NCBI GenBank assembly: GCA_963806225.1
Contig: CAWDXG010000004.1
Span: 3,392,001-3,456,000 of the forward strand
From: an uncultured delta proteobacterium
Lineage (GTDB): Bacteria > Myxococcota_A > Polyangia > Polyangiales > Polyangiaceae
DNA: 64,000 nucleotides
Direction: 5' to 3'
The notes under the pieces: generated by a model
The model's database searches: none
What the model saw: the letters and a program-made list of their open reading frames with translations, nothing else
Told to the model about the DNA's origin: nothing
In this document: in pieces, positions 40,337 to 48,901 of the stretch
Position numbering within the stretch: the first letter of the stretch is position 1
Layout: every line of letters starts with the position of its first letter
Made by a program: the position numbers and the translations under genes

Positions 40337-41247
40337 ATGAGACCTTCCCGGCTCTGCGCGTTCTTCGCGTTCCTGGTTCTCTGCGTCAGCGGCGCGGACG
40401 CCCGGGCCTTCACCCACATCGTGGAACCCGGCGAGACCCTGGCGGCCATCGCCGAGCACTTCTACGGCAGAATCCAGTACGAGAAGCTGCTCGTCGCAGC
40501 GAACAACCTGGATGCAGAGGGCGGTTCCCCCATCGTGCCGGGCATGCGGCTGGAGGTCCCCGCGCTCGGGCACTACCGGGTGCGGCCGGGCGACAGCTGG
40601 AACGGGCTAGCCCAGAAGCTCCTGGGAGCGAAGGGCCGGGCCGACGTGCTGGCCGCCGCCAACGGCACGAGCCCGTGGCTGCCCCGGCCGACGGCGCCGA
40701 GATCGTCGTGCCCTACAACCTGAAAGTCGTGGCGACGGGCACCGACACGACCATCACGATCGCGTACAGGTACCTCGGCAACATGAACAAGGCCTGGGTG
40801 CTCGACCACTACAACGGACTCAAGGGGCGACATCTCCGGCGGGGTGATCTGGTGCTCGTACCGTTGACGGATCTGCCGCTGACTCCGGACGGCAAGAAGG
40901 CCGCAGCCGAAGCAGCGGGAGCAGCCTGCAGCGAGGCGGCGGGGAGCGCCAGGCTGTCGCAGAAGCGGGTGCAGAACGAGCTACCCGCCCTCATGGCGGA
41001 CGTGCAGAACGGCCGCTACGTTGAAGCGGTGACCCGCGGCAACCGCTTCCTGTCGTCCGGGCCGCTTACCGAACCCCAGCTGGCGAACGTCGAGCGCGAA
41101 CTGCTGGAAGCGTACGTCGCGCTCGACGCGACCGGGTTGGCCACCGCCGCCTGCAACGCCTGGCGGAAGCACGATAGGCAGGCGCGCCTGGATCCGGTCC
41201 TGCTCAGTCCCAAGATCATCGCCGCCTGCAAGCGGGGCCATTCCTGA
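40337..41247 (+). CDS. Multi-LysM secreted protein (frameshift near 40683)
   Basis: HIVEPGETLAAIA, YRVRPGDSWNGLA and a third LysM-like repeat. Confidence 0.8.
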
Positions 41248-41253
41248 GGCGCG

Positions 41254-42411
41254 ATGGGCGACGAGGCAACGAAAGTACGCGGAGCGCTCCCGGCGGGGCA
41301 CGTCGTCGGGGATCGCTACCGGATCGAACGCGTGATCGGCGACGGGGCGAGCGGCATCGTGTACGTGGCCGAGCGCGTCGGCGACGAGGACGGCGCCGTC
41401 GAGCGCGTCGCGCTCAAGGTCATCCACAGGCACCTGGTGCGGGATCGGCAGATCAGTCGCCGATTCGTCCGCGAGGCGAGCATCCTGCGCAAGCTGCGCT
41501 GCCCCAACCTGGTACCTCTGCTCGACTTCGGCGAGACCGACGACGGCATCCTGTACATGGCGCTGGAGCTGGTCGAAGGCCGCGCGCTGGACCAGTTGAT
41601 GCTGGAAGGGCCGCTCGAGATCCAGCGCAGCGTGGACATCGTCCGGCAGGTGTGTGCGGCGCTGGAGAGCGCCCACAGCGCCGGCATCGTCCATCGCGAT
41701 CTCAAGCCTGGCAACGTGACCATCGAGGCTGCCAGCGACGACGCGCCGGAGCGGGCCAGGGTGCTCGACTTCGGCATGGCGAAAGTGCTTCGCGGCAACG
41801 GCAACGACTCGCTGACCGCCCTCACGGAGCAGAACATGGTGTTCGGCACGCCCGAGTACATGGCGCCGGAGCAGGCGCGGGGCGACGAGGTCGATGCGCG
41901 CTGCGACGTGTACGCCGCCGGCGTGATGCTCTACGAGCTGCTCACCGGCTCGGTACCGTTCGAGTCGAGCACGCCCATCGGCATGATGACCGCCCACCTC
42001 ATGCAGGAGCCGCCGCCGCCGTCGAACCGCGCGCCGGGCCGGCGCATCTCGCCCGCGCTCGAGGCCGTCGTGCTGCACGCGCTCGCCAAGCGCGCGTCCG
42101 AACGCTACCCGAGCGCCGCAGCCCTGGCGGATGCGCTCGACAGGGCGCTCTCACGGCCCGCCGATGTCGCCTCGACCGCCCCGCCGCCGGCGCCGGACGA
42201 AGCGGACGACCTGGCGACCCGGGACACCGAGCACGCCATGGGCCCAGCCAGCACGCTGCGTCCCGCCGCGCCGGACGCCGCCGGGGATCGCGCCCCGGCA
42301 CTGGCCGAAGCGCCCGAGCGCCCGAGCAGGATGTGGATCGCCATCGCGGTGATCGCAGCGCTGCTGGGCATCGCGCTGGGCATCATCATGAGCCTGATGG
42401 CCGGCGCCTGA
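41254..42411 (+). CDS. Ser/Thr kinase with a C-terminal TM anchor
   Basis: GDGASG, VALK, HRDLKPGN, DFG, GTPEYMAPE. Confidence 0.92.
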   Translation: MGDEATKVRGALPAGHVVGDRYRIERVIGDGASGIVYVAERVGDEDGAVERVALKVIHRHLVRDRQISRRFVREASILRKLRCPNLVPLLDFGETDDGILYMALELVEGRALDQLMLEGPLEIQRSVDIVRQVCAALESAHSAGIVHRDLKPGNVTIEAASDDAPERARVLDFGMAKVLRGNGNDSLTALTEQNMVFGTPEYMAPEQARGDEVDARCDVYAAGVMLYELLTGSVPFESSTPIGMMTAHLMQEPPPPSNRAPGRRISPALEAVVLHALAKRASERYPSAAALADALDRALSRPADVASTAPPPAPDEADDLATRDTEHAMGPASTLRPAAPDAAGDRAPALAEAPERPSRMWIAIAVIAALLGIALGIIMSLMAGA

Positions 42412-42641
42412 GCGGGACTCGGGGATTCTGGTCGGTGCGAGTGCAGCGGAAGGCGACGCCGGATCATAGCCCGAAGGGGATGGGCCCACGTACTCTATGT
42501 CGAGCTGTCGACTAGCATTGGCTACGGCCGTGGCGGGACGTTGGCCGGTGAAGTATTCTCCGTCGTGAGCCAAGGCTGGAAGGCACGATTTCGGCGCGTG
42601 ATTCCACTGAGCCTGCAAACCTTCTGCCCAGACCCGGTATC

Positions 42642-44234
42642 TTGACCCGCATCGTGAAGAGCGCGCCGCCCCTGCCGCCCAGCCGGCGGTCGGTGCCCCC
42701 GCGCGCGGGGACCGGCCCGCGCTACGTGGCCGGCGAGGTCATCGCGGACAAGTACCGCCTGATCAGCTTGATCGGCGAGGGTGGGATGGGCTGGGTCTGG
42801 GTGGCGCGCAACCTGGCGCTCGACGTGCAGGTCGCGCTGAAGCTGATCCGGAGCGACGTCGAGGCGGAAGGCGCCGCAGACCGGCTGCTGACCGAAGCCC
42901 GGGCCGCGGCGCGATTGAAGCATCCCAGCATCGTCAGGGTGTTCGATTTCGGCCGGACCCGCCGGCGCGATCCGTTCATCGTGATGGAGCTGCTCTCCGG
43001 CGAGAACCTGGGCGACATCATCCAGCGCGACGGTCGACTGGCAGCCACCGCCGCCGTGCAGCTGCTGCTGCCGATCGCGGAAGCACTGGCTGCGGCGCAC
43101 AGCAAGGGCATCGTCCACCGCGACCTCAAGCCGGACAACGTGTTCCTTGCCGAGTCCGACGGGCGGGTGCAACCCAAGGTGGTCGATTTCGGGATCGCCA
43201 AGGTCGAGGTCCAGGCCGGACAGCGCGACCAGAAGCTGACGCAGGCCGGCACCGTGCTCGGCAGCCCGGACTACATGTCGCCGGAACAGGCCCGCGGCGT
43301 CGAGGACATCGACCACCGCACCGATATCTGGTCGTTCTGCGTCGTGCTGTACGAGACCATCACCGGCCGGGTGCCCTTCGAGGACGACAACTACAACGCG
43401 CTGCTGCGAAGGATCATCGAAGACCCGGCACCCTCGACTGTCGATCTGGCCGCCGGGGACCAGGGCCTGTGGCAGATCATCGAAAAGGGCCTCGCCAAGG
43501 ACCGCAACGAGCGCTGGCAGAGCATGCGCGCGCTCGGCGAAGCCCTCGCCCTCTGGTTGTACTCGCACGGTGTGACCGAGGACGTGTACGGCCACTCGCT
43601 CCGGGCGGCCTGGCTCGACGGACCTGGTTCGAACCCCGATCTCCGCCTCAGCAGCCCGGTGCTGTCGCGCGCGTCGTTCACCGATCTGCCCATGCCGTCC
43701 CTGCCGCCACCCTCGGGCCGCGGCGAGGTCACGCAGGCCACGCCCGTCTCGCTGGCGCCGCCCCCGCTGGATGCCCCGGCACCCGCGGAAGACCCCCTGC
43801 CGGTACCGAAGCGCCGTACGGGTCTGTACATCGCACTCGGCAGCGCGCTGGCGCTCGTGCTCGGGGGCGTTCTGCTGGGCATCACGCTCGCCGGACGTAG
43901 TGCTCCGAACGCCACGAAGGCCCCCGCGCCGCAGAACGCGCAGGCGCCCGCGGTCGCGAAGGCGGCGAGTCCGGTAAAGGCCGTGCAGGCGGAAGCGACC
44001 GGGCTCGCGACGGCCTCCGCCACCGCACCTGCGACAGACTCCGCGGCGGCGCCCGCCACAGCCGAGCCTGCGAAGGCCAGCTCGCATCCGCCGGTCAAGG
44101 CGACCAGTACCCACAAGTCCGGCACGTCCCACAAGAAGGCAGCTCCGGCCGCGACCCAGCCGCCGAGGAAGCCGCCCCCACCGAAGCAGAAATCGAAGCT
44201 CAAAGATCCCTATGACGACAACCTTGGCTTCTAG
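42642..44234 (+). CDS. Transmembrane Ser/Thr kinase with a Pro/Ala/Lys-rich periplasmic tail
   Basis: GEGGMG, VALK, HRDLKPDN, DFG, TM, ends DPYDDNLGF. Start position uncertain. Confidence 0.92.
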   Translation: MTRIVKSAPPLPPSRRSVPPRAGTGPRYVAGEVIADKYRLISLIGEGGMGWVWVARNLALDVQVALKLIRSDVEAEGAADRLLTEARAAARLKHPSIVRVFDFGRTRRRDPFIVMELLSGENLGDIIQRDGRLAATAAVQLLLPIAEALAAAHSKGIVHRDLKPDNVFLAESDGRVQPKVVDFGIAKVEVQAGQRDQKLTQAGTVLGSPDYMSPEQARGVEDIDHRTDIWSFCVVLYETITGRVPFEDDNYNALLRRIIEDPAPSTVDLAAGDQGLWQIIEKGLAKDRNERWQSMRALGEALALWLYSHGVTEDVYGHSLRAAWLDGPGSNPDLRLSSPVLSRASFTDLPMPSLPPPSGRGEVTQATPVSLAPPPLDAPAPAEDPLPVPKRRTGLYIALGSALALVLGGVLLGITLAGRSAPNATKAPAPQNAQAPAVAKAASPVKAVQAEATGLATASATAPATDSAAAPATAEPAKASSHPPVKATSTHKSGTSHKKAAPAATQPPRKPPPPKQKSKLKDPYDDNLGF

Positions 44235-44253
44235 CCCGGCGCGCGGACGGCGG

Positions 44254-45309
44254 ATGGCGGCCGGGAGCGCGCTCTTTCTGGCCCTGGCGCTGGCTCTGCC
44301 CGCGACCGCCCAGCCCATCGACGACGCGACGCGGAACGCCGCGCGCGAGCTCGCCCACCGCGCCGGCGAGGCCTACAAGAAGGGCGACTACGAGACGGCG
44401 CAGGATCTCTACCACCGCTCCTACGCGCTGGTTCCTGCACCGACGCTGTCGCTACGCGAAGCGCGCGCTCTCGTCAAGCTCGGGCGGCTGGTCGAAGCGG
44501 CGGAAGCGTACGTGCGCACCACGCGCACCTCGCTCGAGTCCGACTCGCCCAAACCGTTCCGCGAGGCGGTGCAGCAGGCCTACGACGAGCTCGGCAAGCT
44601 TCGACCGCAGATCCCGCAGCTCAAGATCGTCGTGAAGGGCAAGACGAAGGACGACGGACAGCTGGCGGTGAAGATGGACGGCAAGCGCGTCTCGCCGGCA
44701 TTGATCGGCGTGGCCGGGCCCGCCGATCCCGGCACGCACAAGCTCACCGCCAAAACGGAAAGCGGCGCGAGCGCCAGCGGCACCATCACGTTGAAAGCGG
44801 GCGAGACCAAGTCGGTCGAGCTCGACCTCGACCACACGAACCTCAAAGCTCCGGGCTCCACCGCGACAACGCCCACAACGCCGAAGGACTCGAACCCGAA
44901 GCCCGTCACGCCGCCGCCGGGCGGCGACATGAACGGGACGTCGAAGCGCGGCTCGATGCAGCGCACGCTTGGCTTCGTGGGGCTCGGTGTCGGAGCCGCC
45001 GGGCTCGGCGCAGGAATTGTCACGGGCCTGATGGCCACCAGCCGCTACAAGAGCGCCGAGGACGAGTGCCCCGCGCACCGCTGCGTGGACGGGTCGCAGG
45101 GCGCAAAGGATCTCGACGCCTTCCGTTCGCTGCGCACCGTCTCGACGATCGGATACGTGGTCGGCGGCGTCGGCATCGCGGCGGGCGTGACACTGCTCCT
45201 CACGGCTCCGGAATCGAAGCCCGCCGCCGAGGCGCACGCGGCGCTCGACACGCCACGCTGGACTCCATACGTCGGACTCGGCTCCGCCGGGGTAGCAGGG
45301 ACTTTCTGA
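44254..45309 (+). CDS. Secreted TPR + PEGA-like protein with a hydrophobic C-terminal region
   Basis: Signal peptide, TPR (AYKKGDYETAQ...LGRLVEAAEAY), beta-sandwich (ADPGTHKLTA), two Gly-rich hydrophobic segments, ends GVAGTF. Confidence 0.85.
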   Translation: MAAGSALFLALALALPATAQPIDDATRNAARELAHRAGEAYKKGDYETAQDLYHRSYALVPAPTLSLREARALVKLGRLVEAAEAYVRTTRTSLESDSPKPFREAVQQAYDELGKLRPQIPQLKIVVKGKTKDDGQLAVKMDGKRVSPALIGVAGPADPGTHKLTAKTESGASASGTITLKAGETKSVELDLDHTNLKAPGSTATTPTTPKDSNPKPVTPPPGGDMNGTSKRGSMQRTLGFVGLGVGAAGLGAGIVTGLMATSRYKSAEDECPAHRCVDGSQGAKDLDAFRSLRTVSTIGYVVGGVGIAAGVTLLLTAPESKPAAEAHAALDTPRWTPYVGLGSAGVAGTF

Positions 45310-45310
45310 G

Positions 45311-47932
45311 ATGAGCGGAAGACTGTCTCGCCTGTTCTGCCACATCCTTTTCCTCTCGCTGATGGCGCTGGTGGTGTCGGGCTGCCCGGCGCTGAGCAAG
45401 GACGACTTCCAGAAGGGCGCCGCGCGCGACGCGAGCGTCGGCGGCAATGCCGGCGTCGGCGGCACGGGGGGCAGCGCGGGCACCGATGCGTCCGCCGGCA
45501 CGGGCGGCGTCGCCGGCGACGCCGGCAAGGACGCCGACGCCGAAGCGACTCCGTGCGCCAACTGCACGGCAGGGCAGACCTGCTGCGACAACGCCTGCGT
45601 GAACCTGAACAACGACGAAGCCAACTGCGGCAAGTGCGGCACGGGCTGCCCCGGTACGATCTGCAACAGTGGCTCCTGTTCCAACAGCTGCGCCGCCGGC
45701 TTCCTCGACTGCGACCAGAATGTCGTCACCGGCTGCGAGGTCAACGCCGCGACGGATACGGACAACTGCGGCAGCTGCGGCGTGAAGTGCGCGATCGGCG
45801 CCAACTGCGAAAACGGCAGCTGCAAGTGCGCGGCGGGCAGCGCGGACTGCGACGGCGATCCGACCAACGGCTGCGAGACCGACATCGGCACCGACGCCGC
45901 CAACTGCGGCGCGTGCGGCAAGAGCTGCGGCGCCAACGAGGAGTGCAGTGGCGGGACCTGCGGCTGCGCGGCGGGCTTTGCCGACTGCAACAGCGACCCG
46001 AACGACGGCTGCGAGGTCGATAAGACGAGCGACCCCCTGCACTGCGGCGCGTGCAACAACGACTGCGGCCAGAACAGCACATGCAGCGCCGGCAGCTGCG
46101 GCTGTCTGACGGGCTACCTCGACTGCGACTCCGGAACGCCCGGTTGCGAGACGGCGCAGACCGACCCGAACAACTGCGGCAGCTGCGGCACCATCTGCAG
46201 CGGCTCGACCTCGCTCTGCGACGGCACCAGCTGCCAGGCGTCCTGCACCACCGGCACGCTCTGCGGCAACTCGTGCGTCGACACGCAGACCGACCCGAAC
46301 AACTGCGGCGGCTGCAGCGTCGCCGTTGGCGCGAACCAGGAGTGCGTGAACGGCACCCCCACCTGCCTGGCCAACTTCGCCGACTGCAACGGCCAGGCCT
46401 CGGACGGCTGCGAGGTCGACACGCGCAGCGACGCGACCCACTGCGGGACCTGCGCGAATGCGTGCAAGCCCGGCGCCATCTGCTCGAGCTCGCAGTGCCA
46501 GTGCGCGGCTACCACGCCCAATGACTGCGGCAGCGCCTGCCAGGAATGCTGCGACGCCTCCCAGTGCAGCGACGCCAACGGCTGCACGACCAACAGCTGC
46601 GTCGGCGGCAGCTGTACGTTCAGTGCGGTCTGCGCGGGCGGCGGCGTGTGCTGCGGGCAGCAGGCCTGCTTCGAGTGCTGCGGCGATTCCGACTGCACCG
46701 GCGGCAAGGTGTGCAGCGGCAACATGTGCGTCTCCTCGACGTGCAGCGGCGGCACGGTGCTGTGCAACGGCCAGTGCATCGACCTCACGAACAACGCCGA
46801 GAACTGCGGCGGCTGCGGCAATTCGTGCGGCGCCGGCCGTACCTGCTCGACCAGCCAGTGCACGCCCAACTGGGTCAAGATGCCGACCGCGTCGATCGGG
46901 GCACGCAGCCGCACGGCCTACACCTGGACCGGCACGAACGTCTTCATCTGGGGCGGCGAGAACTCGAGCAAGCAGGTGGTGGCCACCGGCGCCTTGTACG
47001 ATCCGGTCGCGAACAGCTGGAGCTCGGTGGGCTCGGGCGGCTCGCCGCCCGCGGCCCGCGAGCTGGCCACCGCCGTGTGGACAGGCAGCACGGTCGTCGT
47101 CTGGGGTGGCGGCGACGCGGCGGGCGCCGCCTACAACACCGGCTCGGTCTACGACCCGACCACGAGCACCTGGACGAAGATGAGCATCACCGGAGCTCCG
47201 CCGGCGATGCGCGCTCCGGTGGGCGTCTGGACGGGCTCGCGCGTGCTGTTCTGGGGCGGCCTCGACGGCAGCGGTTCGCCGGTCGCCGGCGCCTGGCTCT
47301 ACGACCCCGGCAACGATGCCTGGACGCAGGCGAGCACGACCGGCGACCCCGGCGGGATCGCGGCGGCCGCCACGGGTTTCTCCGGCACCACGCTCTACAT
47401 CTACGGGGGCGAGCCGGGCGGCTCCGGCCAGAGCAGCGCCCTGTACAGCTACGCCCCCGGGACCGACGCGTGGAAGACGCTCACCGGCGGCTGGAGCTCC
47501 CGCTACGCTGCGTTCGGGCGTTGGGACGGCAGCTACTTCATCGTGTGGGGCGGGCAGAAGAACGGCAAGCCCAACGCCTTTGCAGACGGCAAGCGCTACG
47601 ATCCGACGGGCGACGCCTGGACGGCGATGAGCGACACCGGCGTCCCTTCCTCGCGCTGGGCCCCCCCGCTCCGCAAGACAGGCTGGACGGCGCGCATCAG
47701 CGGCAGCCAGACGCTGATCCTGGGCGGCCTGGGCCCGAACGCGGCCACCGACATCCGCACCGACGGGGCGATCTACACGTCGACCACGAACACCTGGGCC
47801 TCGGTCAAGGCGTGGCCCTCGGGCGAGTCGCACCTGTGGGGCGCGGGCGTCTGGACCGGCTCCGAGTTCGTGCTCTGGGGCGGCATCAACGGCGCGGCTC
47901 CCACGGCGACCGGCGAGCGGTTCCGGCCCTGA
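45311..47932 (+). CDS. Lipoprotein with Cys-rich (Stig1-like) repeats and a C-terminal Kelch propeller
   Basis: Lipobox VVSGC; D..NCG.CG..C and DC.....GCE repeats; six W(T/D)G...WGG...YDP-type repeats. Confidence 0.88.
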   Translation: MSGRLSRLFCHILFLSLMALVVSGCPALSKDDFQKGAARDASVGGNAGVGGTGGSAGTDASAGTGGVAGDAGKDADAEATPCANCTAGQTCCDNACVNLNNDEANCGKCGTGCPGTICNSGSCSNSCAAGFLDCDQNVVTGCEVNAATDTDNCGSCGVKCAIGANCENGSCKCAAGSADCDGDPTNGCETDIGTDAANCGACGKSCGANEECSGGTCGCAAGFADCNSDPNDGCEVDKTSDPLHCGACNNDCGQNSTCSAGSCGCLTGYLDCDSGTPGCETAQTDPNNCGSCGTICSGSTSLCDGTSCQASCTTGTLCGNSCVDTQTDPNNCGGCSVAVGANQECVNGTPTCLANFADCNGQASDGCEVDTRSDATHCGTCANACKPGAICSSSQCQCAATTPNDCGSACQECCDASQCSDANGCTTNSCVGGSCTFSAVCAGGGVCCGQQACFECCGDSDCTGGKVCSGNMCVSSTCSGGTVLCNGQCIDLTNNAENCGGCGNSCGAGRTCSTSQCTPNWVKMPTASIGARSRTAYTWTGTNVFIWGGENSSKQVVATGALYDPVANSWSSVGSGGSPPAARELATAVWTGSTVVVWGGGDAAGAAYNTGSVYDPTTSTWTKMSITGAPPAMRAPVGVWTGSRVLFWGGLDGSGSPVAGAWLYDPGNDAWTQASTTGDPGGIAAAATGFSGTTLYIYGGEPGGSGQSSALYSYAPGTDAWKTLTGGWSSRYAAFGRWDGSYFIVWGGQKNGKPNAFADGKRYDPTGDAWTAMSDTGVPSSRWAPPLRKTGWTARISGSQTLILGGLGPNAATDIRTDGAIYTSTTNTWASVKAWPSGESHLWGAGVWTGSEFVLWGGINGAAPTATGERFRP

Positions 47933-47989
47933 TCGTGCGGCCGACATTGTGCCGGGCATCGCGCGCGGCGACGTCGTAGTCTCCCCGCC

Positions 47990-48901
47990 GTGAGCACGCC
48001 GCTCTACGAGGCCCTGGACTGGGGCAAGCTCGCCCCGCTCCGGCTCAGGGCGCGGAGCGTGGCCGACGGCCTGTACGCTGGCGGGCACCGCAGCCCGCGT
48101 CGCGGCGCGGGTGTGGAGTTCGGAGGGCATCGCGCCTACGTGCCGGGTGACGATCTGCGCTGGCTCGATCGGCGCGCGCTGATGCGGCACGGACGGCTGC
48201 TGGTCCGCGAGTTCGAGTCCGAGACGGACCGCGCGCTTCGCCTGCTGGTGGATGCGAGCGCGTCGATGGCCTACCGCAGCGAGCGCGCACCGGGAGCGAA
48301 GCTCGCCTTCGCCGCCATCGTGGCGGCTGCGCTCGCGCGCGTCGCCCTGGCCAGCGGCGACCCGGTCGCGCTCGACTGGTTGGGAGGCGCGGAACGTCGC
48401 CCGCTCCCGGCCATGGGCGGACGCGAAGCTTTCGATCGCGTGGTCGGCGCTCTGGAGGCCGTCAGGCCCGGAGGCGATCTCACGCTCGATCTTGCCGGCG
48501 TCGAGCGGTCGGTGGCGCCGGTAGCGCGCCATGCGCGCCGTGGGTCGGTGATCGTGTTGCTCAGCGATCTTCTCGACCTTCCGGAAGGGACGCTGGATCG
48601 CTTCGCCGCGCTGGCCACGCGCGGCCGGACGCTCATCGCCGTGCGCGTCCTCGACCCGGTCGAAGCCGAGTTCTCGTTCGAAGGCCCGGTGCGCCTCCGT
48701 GCCAGCGAAGGTGGGACTCTGGTGGAGACCGACGCGGGCGCTGCGCGCGCGGAATACCTTGCGGCTCTCGAGCACATCGCGACCCGCTGGGACGATCGCC
48801 TGCTCGAGCACGGCGGTCGGCTGGTGCGCGCGCTCACCACGGACGACCCCGCCGACACCGTGCGCGCCGTGCTGGCCGCGGCCTGGGGCGGCCCGTCGTG
48901 A
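47990..48901 (+). CDS. DUF58 protein (MoxR-associated)
   Basis: GGHRSPRRGAGVEFGGHRAYVPGDDLRWLD, VDASASM. Confidence 0.92.
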   Translation: MSTPLYEALDWGKLAPLRLRARSVADGLYAGGHRSPRRGAGVEFGGHRAYVPGDDLRWLDRRALMRHGRLLVREFESETDRALRLLVDASASMAYRSERAPGAKLAFAAIVAAALARVALASGDPVALDWLGGAERRPLPAMGGREAFDRVVGALEAVRPGGDLTLDLAGVERSVAPVARHARRGSVIVLLSDLLDLPEGTLDRFAALATRGRTLIAVRVLDPVEAEFSFEGPVRLRASEGGTLVETDAGAARAEYLAALEHIATRWDDRLLEHGGRLVRALTTDDPADTVRAVLAAAWGGPS

